NCBI RefSeq assembly: GCF_022539665.2
Contig: NC_081331.1
Location: 558,001-622,000, forward strand
Direction of reading: 5' to 3'
Source of the DNA: Daphnia carinata
Lineage: Eukaryota
DNA length: 64,000 bases
Part shown: positions 22,524-37,400 of the stretch, in pieces
Layout of the letters: each line of letters starts with the position of its first letter
Numbering within the stretch: position 1 is the stretch's first letter
Made by a program: the position numbers and the translations under genes
Notes under the pieces: generated by a model
What the model was told of the DNA's origin: nothing
Seen by the model: the letters and a program-made list of their open reading frames with translations, nothing else
Database searches by the model: none

Positions 22524-25479
22524 GATGGCGACAACGAATCAGTTCTGGGAACGATGCCACCGCCTTGCAAAAGAAACGTGACGGGAATAGTTTGCGCTCA
22601 ACGTCAAGAATAAATCTAAACTATCGTGAATAAGACGATCACGTTGTTTCCTGCACCCACAACGACTCAAGAAGAAAAACGACCGAAGAAAAAATGATTG
22701 AGGACGATGGTTTGGATATCTGCAAACCGCAGTGGCCTGCGGTCGGTCCCGTAGTGTTTGACAACCAAAGGGCCGTTGATTTACTATGCAAATCACCGGA
22801 TGTCACTTTCCGCTAACTGAGAATTTTTTATAGATTATCAAGCCGAAATTTCACCGCAATTACATCAGATATTGTTCACGAAATCCGTGATGAAAGCAAA
22901 TATTTATGTTCTACTTTTGGTTCAGTCCGCAAGAAATACAAGAATTAATGAGACTGCATAGCGTCGGCTCCCGCATATTGCCCGACAGTCCCGATGTCCC
23001 TCATAGAAATGATGGAAAAGGCGTGAAAAGGGAGACGCTTAGAAGGATGTAAAAAGCGTTTCAAAGAAATATGAAAGGTTCTAAATTTTCATGCTAAGGC
23101 TTCCTATGATTTACATACAAATTTACAAGTCAAAACCAATAGCTCTTTTAAACTTCCAAAGCTTCAGGAAAAGAGAGATGGAACAAATTCTTCTTAGTTC
23201 GTAATGGGTGTCCCATTCCAGATTGTGGTAAGTTACCAAAATGTTAGCCATCTATGATGTTATCTATCAGCGTTACATTATTTTGAAGGCAAACTGTTTG
23301 GTTACATTTTTTTGCGTAACAGTCAATACAAGAAACCGGGCAATCAACAAAGTCAGGAGTTTGTTGATCGGCTTGCTTTCAAAACAGTCAAGCACACAAG
23401 AGAGTGGTAGCCTCTGTTTTTGTATTCTGTTTGCGTCTTTTCCATTTGCTTTTTTGTTTTTTTAATATTTAAACAACAAAAAAGCCAAACAGTTAGCGCT
23501 GATCGATGAGCCATGTTATTTTGTTTACTCCCGCGTGTCACAGTACTCTCCCTTCTGCAGTTTCTCGTGAACCCGTCCATCGATCGACATCGATTAGAGC
23601 TAATATGGTATCAGGCTTCTTGTGGCTTCTAGTTAGCTGATCTCTTGTAATACCGAGAATTTCGTCCAATGCCCAAAGGCACAAAAGAAGAGGGAAATAG
23701 AAGACTTCTATTATGAGTAACGAGACATTTCCTCGAAGGACATGGAACAAAGTTTGGCTTTAAAATTGCATAGAGTATAGCTACTACACGTACAGAATGT
23801 ATTCTTTTCTGCTGCTTCCTTTGGATTTTTATCATCGAAAGACTTGGTGCATTAGAACTAACATCAAATCAGAACTGTGGGTAAGCGTTACCGTGTAATA
23901 AATCGAAATATCATGATTTGTCAATTAGCTTATTGGGATTTTATCCGTCAATCCTCGAAACGACTGCAAGCAATTACACAAAGGAAGCTGGCCAGGATAG
24001 TGGGTACGCTTACATTGTCAACCTTTTTCACCTTTTTCTCTTTTCGTTTCAAGTTTTGGATCCAGAAGTTTCGACTCTTCTTGAGACCGGTTATTGTCTT
24101 GATATTCCCTGGTTCAAGATTTTATTTTAAACAACGCATGAAATATTCTGTGGTAGCTAAAGAACTTTGATGTCCTCGATAACATCTTTTTGTGCAAGTC
24201 CATAAAAATCGAGATGTATCCGATGATGTTGGTTGCCTTTTTTCAGGCGTTTTACGTCACACGGAATGCGCAAACGTCGACCGATCGTCTGTTCCTTTTA
24301 ATGTAAACGATTTTTGTGAAGTCGGTCGATCGAACGCAAATGAACGGATGTTGATCTTCAGAGACTTTCATTTCCGATCGCTAATGGCTTCAGTTTTATT
24401 TTTCCATGCAAATCAAGGCCAAAGAGGTGATCAATTAATGCATTCATTGTCTCATTCCTTTTGGTGTTAACATAATATAGAACTTTAGACAGAACAATTA
24501 CAAATGCAACAAGAAATGGGAAACCGCTGCTGCCCAAAGTAGATATAACAAGTGGAGAAACATAGTAACCAATTTCCTTTGGCTATTAGCAGATACCCAT
24601 TACAATTTCCTCCGGTCCATCATGTCGCCGATTAATCGATTAATGCAGCAGTTGATAACCTGAATAAAGCATCAGTGTAAGTCAAGCAGGGAGTCGGAGA
24701 GTGAGCGCAAAAGTTTGTAAATCACTTTAAAGCCCAAACAAAAGCGCGTCTCTCACCTCTACCCAATAATACTTTCCATTCGACGGTAGACAATCGATAA
24801 CCAGTTATTGTGAACATAGAGAAATAAGGCTGGTTCGTTTCCATAATTTAAAACTTTAGTATTTGCATTATGCCTAAAAATAGGAAACCTCTTGACAAGA
24901 CTTATCGCGACGTTTGAAAAAAAAAAAAGTATAGCTTAAATGATGGCATCGTAAGCTGCATTCCATTTCACCAAGCAATGTATCCTTTTCTTCTGTTATC
25001 ATTTTTTTTTTCGAGGCGAATTGCAAATTTAGTTGGCACCATTACAGAACGAAAGAAATGCTAGATATGCACAGCGTCAGAATGTGTGAATAAACGACAA
25101 GATGTGAGACACATACAATTTTATTTCAAATATACTTAAGCTCAGATATGGCCGTTCTTTGTCAAGCACTGTGCTACTGAATATACATAACAGCAGATGG
25201 AGAATGGCATTGGCAAAAAAAAACGTCAATAAAAGTCAGAAGTTAGTTGGATAAAAAGATTGTGTTCCTGTTGACACCGGCTGCGCGAATCACCACACTT
25301 GGGAGTTCATTATTCTGGAGGAGAAGCAGATTGGTACGTAACTGGGTTATAGCATCCATAGCGGTACTAAAAATGTAGAACAAAATTGCCTTTTTCCTAC
25401 CGCATTATAATGGAAAAAAAACGTGATTCAATGTAAGGAAGTTCTCGATATTGGAATAGGAATTTTTTTTTTAATCATT

Positions 25480-28400
25480 TCACAAACAGCAGTCGACTTC
25501 AAAATGTTCTGTACACTCCGGAATGACTGATGTGGAACAAACGGAACGGTTGTTGACACTACGGGTGCGCATTAAAAGGAGCGGACTGCTACCACCTAAT
25601 GCGCCATTACTTCCCCTGGCCAGTCGTGAAGTTAGACCACGCATACGGGACGATCCGCTGGCTTCCGTCCGTTCCTGCGATGCGTTCAAGCTCGTTCCAG
25701 CGCCCATACCGACCGAGAGATCGTTTAAATTGTACTGGCTGTTGAATTGGCGACAGTGTCGACATGAGCGTCGTTGACCACCGGGCGATCGGTCGCCATA
25801 TATCGTGACATCTTGGCCAGTGCGTGCCATTGATGAAAAGGCGGCGGACGGGCGGCAGAAACAACGGCGCTGGATGCAGCAGGCGCTGTTGGCACACATG
25901 CAGCAGCAACAGTGTAGCCGGCGCCACATGGACCGTCTGAAGTTCTTCGACATGAGCGAGTAGATGAACGGATTCAAACACGAATGGACGTATGGCAGCA
26001 AATTAATGGCGATGCGCAAGATGTAGATCCCCTGTGAGAACGACTCCAGTCCCACCTTGATGGATATCTCCATGCAGAGGCGCGATCCCCAGCAGATGAG
26101 AAACAGCACAATGACGAGGATCAGCATCTTGATCACCTGCACTTTGAAAAGCGACAAACAATAGAATTTCAATGGATTTGTTAGACCTTTGTTGGTGTTT
26201 GATACAGATGTACAAGGATCTTAGTGTACGAGAGTAAATTGAAATGACATTTGCGCAATAAAAGCAAGGCAAATGTTAATTGGATGTTGTTGATGGATGA
26301 ATGAGCTCTTGCGTGTTAATACTAAAATATTACTGGGTAGAAACATAATGCTAGCCTCTTGTGGTACAGGCTTTTTTTCCTCCTTCTTCTGAAGTGCTTT
26401 CAAGACAAAGGCTGCGAACCATTAAGCGACTTTGCTCCCTCCACATAATGGAATGGGACATTTCGAGTGCGGACAGAGTGGTTCACGAAAAGAGATATAA
26501 AACTCCACTAATAAGGCCGGTAGGGAAATGAAGAATAAAAAGATCTATGTATACATAAACATGTCAATGCATTTCGAAGCTCAAGATAATCTAAAACACT
26601 CAACCTTACACGGAGATTTGGAAAAAGTTGGAAATGAAGAACTTGAAGAGGAGTTTGAAACTGTTTACACATAAGATAATGTTTGCTGACAGCTAACAAT
26701 TCTAATCACTTTTACAGAAAGTCTTTGTACTCGTCGGACAATTGCCTAGTCAACTGTTCCTCTCTCGACAATGTGCTATTAATGCATTCATCCGAACTAT
26801 CCCATCTGTTTACGTATAACAAATTTTATTGCCACTAGTTTGATGTCGTTTGAAGCGAATTTCTGTGTCTGTCAAGCAAAATGACGTTGTGCGTTCTGTA
26901 TGGCAATGTTTGCACTTGTTATAATTGCGTTAGCAACCCGTAGCCCTAAACGACCTCATACAAAGACAGTGCAAGCTCAGTGCAGGCACTATTGCCGCTG
27001 CATACGATTAACGAACATTTACGCAAGCTTTACTGAAGCAGAAAACGTCCTAAAATACTCACTCGTGTTTTTTAAGGCTTTATTTTGTTCAAGGATTTAG
27101 ATGAAGACGCGTTCTTTGGCGTATCGTAGCAACTCATATGAATTAAAGTACAAATATCTATGCCAAAATAGACTAGACCATTAGTATAGTTGCGGGAGCA
27201 CTAAACCAAACATTATAAAAGGTGGTTTCTCACTTGGATTGTTACAATTTGGTTTGAAATTTTTGTTTTAAGCTCTCGTGGGTCTAAAAATAGATTGCCA
27301 CGTATAGTTGATTGCATAATCTTCTATTGATAACGAAGTCCGCAAAGGAAATAGGCATGGGATTCATTCCGATGGTAAGATTCCCATTAGCAACGATGAA
27401 AAGAACGAGCCGAAAATCTCTACATTGTTTAACACAGGCTGTTCTCATATTGATGGTGGTAGCCTTCGATCGATTTATGCGGAATGGGAATCACTGCCGT
27501 AAGGTCTGCCCGACCGGAAACGCCTAATGATCGAAGCCGCCTACATCCTTTTTTCCCAATCGAATCCTACCAACAGTCATATATTTCCTTTTCTTTGAAA
27601 AAAAAAGACAGAAACTCCTCATAAGCGCACCGTTTAGTTCAATTTCCTAGCTGTTTCTCTCAGAGACAAAAAGAAATATACTTCAAAAGGAAAACTAACA
27701 AAATTTTCAACACACGGTCGTCGTGTTATAGATTGTAACCATCTAACAAAAGAAACAAGGCTATTGAAATGTTGGGACAAAATAAATAATGGCTCTGTAT
27801 CGTATAGGAACAAGAAATGACGTCACCTGTTTCCTGGCATTGCGTGCATCCTCGGCACGTGCCTGATGAACTCCAATCTTCCTGATAGTTGGCCGAGTCC
27901 TTAGCGTTTCCTATCACGATACAACAAAAGCGTTTAAAAGAATGCATCGCATTGTCAAGGAAAGCCAATATTATTATCTTTTTTGTTAAAGAATAATTTT
28001 CTTTTATACATACCCGCAAAGGATTTCTAGCAAGCAATAATTGAGCTTGATGATGTGGGCTGGTCTCCGGAGAGGATTGATTGGGTGAGTGATGGCCGTT
28101 ATTAGCAGTGCCCGTAAAGGTGTTGCAACAAGACGATGCCTGGTTGCTGGCCGAGCACGGCCCGTGACAGGGTAGGAGGCAAGCTTCGTGGCCGCGAACT
28201 AACAGTGGAGTTGAGGTGCTAGGAACAGGCGTCGAAGTCCCGGTGATAAGTGTTGTTCCAGTGGCCGTCGCAGCAACCGCTCTGGGCACGGACGACGACG
28301 CAGTATCACTCGATTTCTTATTGTAAGGCCATCGGGTGTTGGTCCCTCCTCGCCATCGCCTCTCTTGTTGCCGTGGCCGTCTCTCGTGGCTAAACAAAAC

Positions 28401-31400
28401 AACACCCAAAGATAAAACAATAAATCATGATTTTTTATTAGGCAGAAATTTGAAGAATGAAGATTCAGTGTCCTATAGGACGTAACATTCAACCTGTTAC
28501 GAGAAATTTTCGCTCGAAAGACCACTCCTAAGCAATAGCAATCCAATAACAACACGAAACGGAATCAACACCCACAGCCGTGTACACACAAAAACAATTG
28601 TAATATTCCTTTTCTTTCTACCTTGCCGAGCTGATCGATGTGATATAAAGAACGCGACTGTCACACAAAGAAATGCAGGCAGTCGTGCCCATGGCAGCCA
28701 ACCACAATTTTGATACCATTTTTCTTTAACTTGATGATTTTCTTGTTTATTACTTTTTTCTATGGAATAACGAATTTTTCTTGTGGTTTCCGAAGATTGG
28801 ATAGTTTTTTTTTCAATCTGAACTGGCGATTGAATTTTCCTTTTGATGTGTAGTTCTTGTTGACAAGGAACAGTCAAGGAGTTGGAGGTCTTGACCTTAA
28901 GAACAGGGATTTATTCCTAGCACGTCATGTCGTCGGCCTACGTCTTACTCAGAAAAAGGGCAATACAATCAGTGGTTGCGTTATGCAAATAGAATTGTTC
29001 GGTATATTGCACCACGTCAAAATAGGTAGCTGACAAATTGACGTCAATAGATTCACCAAGTCGCTTATAACGTCATATCAACAAGAAGTAATAAAAAGAA
29101 TATCAAACAGGAACGCCAATATCCCGAAGAAAGGGAGCAAAAAGATTCCAGGACAGTGTCCGTGTAGCCAAGTTTGGTGAGCGTCTATCTGCAAAAAAAT
29201 CTATATATCTAAAAAATCTATATATCTAAATATCTAGCGCCGGCAGATCAGTCTTTTGCCGTGAATTGCTTTTGATATAGACTTTACAGCCTTGACTTAT
29301 TACATCCCTTGTTTTCTTCGCTCCTCTCAAATTGGTTCAGTCTAATGGAGACAAGGCACCAGTGACGTCGGTGGAATGGTTGTGACGCGAATTGAATTTC
29401 GCACAACGACTAGGCAGTAATGGATCTCAAGAGTCTCGTAAATCTCTCTCTCGCACGACTAACAGAGTGTTATAACTCGTTGGCTCTCTTATGCAAATGC
29501 ATTCTCTCTATTGTTTGTATCGAAGTTTGCCATAGGCAATGAAGATGCCTGATTTTTAGCGTCGTATAAAGTCTGAAGAAAGTTGAATAGGTTCCGTTTA
29601 AAGGAAACAAAAAAAGTATTGACCTTTCAAGTTGCACGATACAAACTGCAAAAAAAATTTACTTTGAGTAAGTCTAGTGAAGCACGCAGCGATCCGGGAT
29701 AAAATTCATTTCAATACATGCAACAAACGAAGGCGGAAGTAATCACGAGCCCTTGGTGTTAACTACAGTATATACCTATCATCTTCTGTTGGTGGGAAGA
29801 AGTCCTAGAAGAATAGACAAACTCTTGAAAATTCAACTTCGGAAATTTAATTTGGCTTAAAAAAAAAACTTTTGTCACTAAACTAGAGGAAGAAAGGATT
29901 TAAGAACCTAGACGTCAACGCTTAGCATATAACGACGTAACGTGTTCTTCCAAGACAGAGATCGATATTTCCCCGTATTATGCGGCCTTTTTGTCAGGTA
30001 CTTCATCGGGTTCTTGGATTTATCGTAAGCACAAGTTACTAGCTTGTTGCGTGTGTAGCATTAGAATGCATGCCGAACAGAATAGGTTTAAACCCTTTGC
30101 TACTGCGGAAAAATAGGCGGCTCAGACGGATGTCTCTTCGTTTGCCATAAGCTCATTTTTTACCTATAACGTGTAAGCCTTGGGTGTTTTAACGGGTTGA
30201 TAAGCTAATGGTACTACAGCACATTTGTCTTACAATTCCACAATGGGCCTACTAATTCATTCAACCGAATTCCGGGCATCCGGCTAATAGTCGATGAAGG
30301 ATCTAACGAGAGTGCACGCCTTTAAAAATGCAGTAAAAAACAATCGGCGATCGTTGTGGACACATATAACGTGCATGAACTGCAGTAGCTAAACTTCCTG
30401 TCTAGACCGTATGGTTTAAAAACGATTCCGGGTACACTCGTATACATAATGCAATCATTTACATTTAAAGGCTTCTCTTATTTCATTCTTTTGTGGGTCT
30501 ATTGCTCCCAGCGGCAAGGAATGCTGAAACAACTTTATGTCAGACAGTCTGCACAATCGGACACGCAAACTGAAGTAGTTGTTTTTATGTTTCCCATGTG
30601 ACTGCTATACAATAGCGATCGTATGATTGCTAAATTTTGGTTTCGACAAACACAGTCGAGGCAAAAACAATAAAGAATAGCAAATGTAGTAGTGCGTTGT
30701 CAGCAAATATGGGCAAGCGGCCACAAGCAGTCGGTGTAGTTGGATCTGTGCCATGACACGGGACCAGATCGCTCTACTCTGCCCTGGTCCAGACCGAGCT
30801 GTTGGGTTCTTATACGAAACCTAACTCCGTCGTAATAATAAAAGATTCGGCTTTTTGTTAGGTTCATCATTTTTCATGCTCTTCGTCGTTTGATGTGCCT
30901 TCTTTCATGCATGAAAAAATCGTAGTAAACCCTACAATTGTCTGAAAGCAATTTAAATAAAGCTTCTATTTATTGACTGATACTATCCAACGTTCACCTC
31001 TTTCATCTTTTCTACTACGCCTTTGTAGAGCTGCTAGCACATCCTCAAGGGTGGACGAGGATTGAAAAATCAAAACATTCCCATTGCATCCGTGTTGATT
31101 TGATTCATATCTTTTCGGCTCACCGTTCTCATTTTACGGCGATATTATCGGCAGTTTCAATATTTTCAATATTTGCTGTTTTGTCAATAACTTTCTATTT
31201 ATTCCATCCTACTGCAACGGCAGTAACGAACGAGTACTTTTTCGAGTTTCGCATTTTATCCAGTCACGAACAACGTGTGTACTGTGTAACGAGATTTCAT
31301 CCCTCTGTGGCTTGTTGTGGCGTGCAATCACGGAAAACAAATCAACGGGCAATCGGACAGTCCGAATTGCAATCTAGTGCAATTCTCTCTGAAGATAATG

Positions 31401-34400
31401 CACCGAAGAAGGGACGATCTTTGAGTCTTGTTTTTATTCCCTTGGTTCTTTGTCATGCTGCAAGTTTGACGGTTAATACTTTCACGTTCAACACAGAAAT
31501 CATTCGTAAACGAGAATGGAGTCGCTATTGTATTAGGATACGATTTACATTAGACTTGGTTCGATGCACTCGGTAATCAAAAAAGTGGAATAGCTTTCTG
31601 CCTGTCAATGCATTCTTCCGTACCATTCTATCTTTAAAAACAACAACAGTAGATCAATAGAATCCAACAATAACTTTCAGATAACCTAACAACATTTTTA
31701 ATGGACAAGAAATCAAAAGTGCAATGGGTACGGCGTGAAGAAACGACCATCCCACGCTCAGTAATGGCGTCCGAACCTGTGCTATACGGAATGCGGTTGT
31801 AAGTAGCGGTATATAAGACGGTGTAGTTAGCTTCCAACTGAGCGGATTTTATTTTACATGAATTTCAAGCAGCTCTAAGCAATATCAGTTTATTAAGCTC
31901 CTTATTCTGTAAGCTGTCTTTTGGGATGTGATATGACAATTTCGTTGACCTACATTTCTATGCGTATCGAGCAAAGACGACGAGCTCGGACCATTGTCCA
32001 TAAAAGGAAGCAATATTCAAACAAAGTTGCAATCGTTTCCGAAGGAAAATGAAGAGAATGAAACAGGTAAGGGACCTATCCATCCGTGACACTATTCGTT
32101 CTACACCCACGCAGGGTGGTGTTGAAACCTTCAATTATAACAAGTTTTTTACACGCCTTGCTTTAATTAGTTGATACGTTTTGAATTTGGAACATTGAGG
32201 AGCGAAACAAGTTGAGCGCTTACGCAGGCTCGGTTCGAGTTGTTCCGTCCGACTGAACGTCAAACGTGGGCGTCCAATGCATGCACATTGTAAAGTGTGC
32301 ATATCCTTGTCAATTGTCATCCTCTCTACACAGTTTCACGCACCGGCACATGTGTTCCAGTTCCCACTCGGCTTTTCTGTACTGTAAGCTGCGTGCTAGA
32401 CATGAGAGAATCCTTCGTCAATCGTCATCTATTACCTCCACTGTCATTTTCGCACGCTCTCGGGCTTTAACAAAGGTATTTGATTGGATCCTATCGATCG
32501 CTGCAATCGCCAATATTCGTGTCAGCATCGGGATTCACGCTCTTCAACATGAATCGGATTCCTCTCCCTTTTTCTTTTAATAGTCGGCACAGTTACATCA
32601 GCACTATTTCAAAATCTCAGATGGCGTCGGTTGATGACTCTGAAATAAGAATCTCTCAACCTGTACGTGCACTCACGTTTTACGTGCCATTAGGTTGCGA
32701 AAGTTCTGCTAGTGAACTTTATTGAGATGGATGAAAATGGGAAGTGCTCAGCGTTGCTAGTTATTCGTTTAATGGTCTAGACATCAAAATCATAAAAAAG
32801 AAAAGCTCTTTTCAGTGAAAATATTTTGTCTAGGCAAACTCGTTTGCCGTGAAAAAAACGCAATTGTTTGATCACATCGTTACAAAGTTGCGACGCGTCT
32901 AATCTTCTTTTGTTACGTGGCTTCACGTAATAGCAAGAAGAGTAAGGCCAGAGGGTACAGGGCATGTGAAGCCACTTGTTTTGGCCGATCAAAATTGTAA
33001 AGCGCGAGCTCACAGAATTAATCAAAATAATAACTTCTTTTTCTGAACATTTGATAAGCCCCTATGGTCACGTGGTCTATTGAATTAAGTAAACGTAACA
33101 GCGAAAGGCAATGCTCGGGGGGGAGTAAACGCTAGAGCAATCGAAAAAAGGATGAGTGTTTGTGATGCCTACTTGGTGCTGGTGTTGGTGAGGACTCTCA
33201 TGTTGCGAGTGGAAAGCCACAGTTCTCTGATGACATAAGTGTAGCAGATGATCATGACCAGGCCTGGTGCTAACAGGAGGATAACAGCCTGATAGATTGC
33301 GAAAATCAAGCCGACTCCTCCGTCTGTTTCCACGCAATAGTTGACGGTTACGGATTCCTCTCCGTCCGTGAATGTCAACGGGTTTGTTCCCTGTGCACCA
33401 AATAAACAACATCAATAGCCATCGTAACTACGTCAACAGTTCATTATCATCATTGATTTTGCTAATGGTGCAAGAGCGCAACACAGCGTGAACGTAATGT
33501 CACAGTTATTGCGTTATAGGTGCCAAGACATCAAGCAAAAAAGCGTACATTTTCTTTTTTCTTGATCAGCAGAAAATTAATCGAATTAGATGTAGCGCAA
33601 ACATAACAGAAATTCTACCAATCTAGCTAATAGCGCTAGAGAAAGTACAGACTTAAATAATTCCAACAAATCAAACAACTTTGTTGGTGGTTAGCCCTTT
33701 GTTTCGTATTCAGAGTAGGGCGTTTTTTTGCGTGCTGTGCGTAATCAATACATCATCAGTGGGACAGACGAGTCATTTATTTACGTGCAACGCAGTTGAC
33801 GCGGTCAACGTGAGTCGATAGGTGAGACTGTAACTTGGTGACTAGGTAATCGACTAAAGTATATGACGTACCTTGGTGAAAAGTACGGGCGCAGTCAACA
33901 ACAGAGAAACTATCCAAACGACCAAAACTGCTCGGCGACAATTGCTCATTGTGCACACGGATCGTGAGCGGATGGGAAACACAATCACTATAAACCTGCA
34001 CGAACATTTAAAAAGAAACACGAAGATATAGTCAAAACACGTGTATAAGACGAAGAGAAGAAAAAGGAAAACTAACAATCAAATATTGGCCCCCCCCTTC
34101 CCTTGGAAGTGAGCTTCCCACATAACTCTTGATTCACTTTTGAATTAGACAACTTTTATCTTTTGTTGACCGGCTTTCTTCACACATTCTTTTTCATTGT
34201 GTTTCGCCTTTAACCATGTGCTGGGAGCTGGCCATATATTGGTTGACTAAAACGTATGGATTACTTGGGGAAGCTAGTGTACCCAAAGCAGGAAAACGAC
34301 ATAGTGTTGTACATATACAAAAACAGGGCCATATAGCCGTCCAAGAGTAACGAGAACGGCATGCCAGGGTTTGCTTTCGTCTCTAACTAAACTTTTCATC

Positions 34401-37400
34401 AACTTGGATTATCCTATACTTTATTTCTCGGCCCGAGGCACGATAGGCCGACTGCGAAACAAAAAAGTTAATCGAACGTCGTGGCGTACGTCGGACGAGC
34501 CAACTTTATTATTCGGCAAGAAATGGATAGTTACGATATACCGATCGCGTGATACAGTCACAACTTTTACTCTTTCTCACCTTTTACCTGCGACCAGATT
34601 CATGCTTATTTAAAGTAGGTTTTCTAAAGGTTACTTATGATTTGCTGACAACAGTTCATGAGAAAAATAAATCGAAAATGATGGGAATGTTAGTAAACCG
34701 TATAAAATTGTTAAAAGTAGGCAACTAACTGCATCGAGTCAAGCCCCTCATGTTTAACCATTGAGATACATCCACACAGATTGCGCTGCATTTGTTTGTC
34801 GTCCAAAAGCATCAACGGATGCGAAATTGGAATCATGTTTGAATTCGGATACTTAACGTCGAAACCGAGTCACTTGACCAGAAAGCGAAAAGAGGGTATG
34901 CTTAATGCTTTGATTCTTTCGTTTTGTCTTTTACATGCAAGATCAAACCGGGCCCGGCGTCTTGACAACGAAATCGAACGGAAAACAAAGAAAGGAAAGC
35001 CTTACACACATAGAGAATAACAGCGGAAAAGCGATTGCATCAGGTCGGGAAGTCTGGCAAGGAATCGATTCCGCCTATAAGACGAGCTTCAATCGACTCC
35101 TTTAAAGACTAGAGACGAGAAACGAAACACAGACACACACACAAAAATTAAAAGGAATGAAAGTAGAACGCTATATGATAACCGTGCGGATCAATTCTTA
35201 CGTCAGTCGGAGGTCTTTTATTATCCTCCTTGCACCCACGCCTTATTATCTACTCGCGTGGACCTTGGTATTTTGGCTGCAAAAGAAAAATGGATAGCAA
35301 GAATAGAGATAGCAAAATATTTTGTGTACTGGTAAAAGACCGTTCATTCTGTCACACGAAGTTGCATGTGGTTTCCATTACCGGCTAAACTGAAGACGTT
35401 CCACGATTCGATTTGAAAGCCAAAATTTGAAAGAAGTTAAGCCAAACCACTATATTCAGATATAAAAGGGCGGATACTAAAGGATAGTCCATTTCACAGT
35501 TTGGCCAGGAAAACGAACTCCTTTTGGCTAAACGACCAAGGGTTCTATCAGTGAGCACAAAGCACCCACGCAATCGTTACTTTCCGCTTTTTTTTCTTTA
35601 AATTCGCCCACTTCCTTTATCTATAAGCTTCCGCTTGGCCGCTTGGCTTGCGCATTAATCGTCGCTGTCTTTCCGTGTTTCGCTTATGTGAAAACACAGT
35701 TGACTTCATGTTGGCTACGGATCCTTAGAGGGTATCTTAATTTCCTTTTACTTTTTTAGCCATGCTATCGTTAAATTAGCACTTCGATTACGATCGTAAT
35801 GAGCAAACGTGAGAGGTGCATTTGAGATGCTCAATATTTGATTCGGGCAAAAAGCGGAAAGACAAGACGAAGACATCACAAAGATAGAAACAATGGCAAG
35901 CACTTGCGTCTGGATGAAAGCTTAAACGGATGGCCCATAATTAATCATCGTCACGCTTGATGTGGTTGCGTGCCACACCCCGGTTGCTATTCCTCTTCCT
36001 TAACACTCGCCATTCTTTTCTCGCCTCTTCTAACGTAAGGTTTCCAATAAACCATCGGACGCATTTCAAATGTTCCTAATTGGTGATGAGCAAAAATGAC
36101 GTAAAACATGCTACTAAAGCTTCGTGTGAAAACACCCACAACGTCAATAAATGCGACGACTTTATTAACGCAATAGTTTCGATTTTTATTTGGGTTTTAA
36201 CACCAAAGTCTTTATGTGGTCACCGTTATTAGAAAACCCTATGGAAACAGCAAACTTTCGGTAAGCAAGTTTAATAATGGAGAACTAAAAATAAAGGTGA
36301 TAAGACGACATTTGAATAAATCACATCAATAGGAAATGAATGAGAAAGAGAAAAAGTTGTGCCATCTCATCTGTCGTATTTAATATTAAGTATTTTCCCT
36401 TCTCCCTTTTTTTCTCTAAACTTCCTCTACTACGTGCGACCGACTAATAGTAGGGCTATATACCCATTGTGTATACGGTGCTCATTTACACTAATGAAAT
36501 TCCAACGCCGTAATTTCTAACCAAGAGGAGGACTATCATTACGCATCATGTCGTTGCCTGTTTGGTGTAGTGTGCGATGCTAGGAGACAGGGGACCCATT
36601 GGTAGTGAATACGTCTTCCACAGTCAATGACTGATCCATTACTCTTATTCTCTCCACGATACACAAGATGGAGTATGTACATGATAGCTTTTTTAATGAC
36701 ATGAGCACCATGTCTTGGTAGAAATGAAGGCGCGATTGTTTGCTAATGACCACCATTACATGGCCTTCAGTTGCCCATAGGTCGATCGTGGAAGATTCAT
36801 TTTTCTCGTCGACGATATTCCTTTTTCACATCATGCTACTTGTCACATCTCCCATGGCACCATCACTGTCATTCCATCGTGTTTGACTGACTCCTCCTGA
36901 GGGACTTTATGTTATTATTACGCATCATGTTACGCACGACCAATGAGTTTGCTGCATCTATACATGTTGTTAAAGTTTGAAGATGACGAGAAACATCTTT
37001 GTCTTATTAAAACCAAGACGATGAGTAGTAAAGATTTTCAAAATCTTTTTCCCCTTTTTTTTCGTGCCTTTAAAATGGAAATGGAACTGGCAAATTAAGC
37101 AAGGCCTAACGAGCTAAGCCAGCAGGGTCTAGCTAATTTTGGCTTTTCTCTTTTCTCAAATGGTTACGAGTTTCTGACGGTTTAAAAGGTACAACGCATG
37201 ACTGCCACTAGGCAACTAAAAATATAAACTAACAAACAAGAGCAACAAAAACAAAACAAACTTAAAAATGTGGGGAAAGTCCCAACAACGACAAAGGAAC
37301 ACCTGAACGAAGTCCTGCACGTAACCACAAATGGTGATGGGCAAAAATTATTTGAATCGCTAAACAGCGTAGTAAGAAAAGCTATGCAAAATCATCGAAG

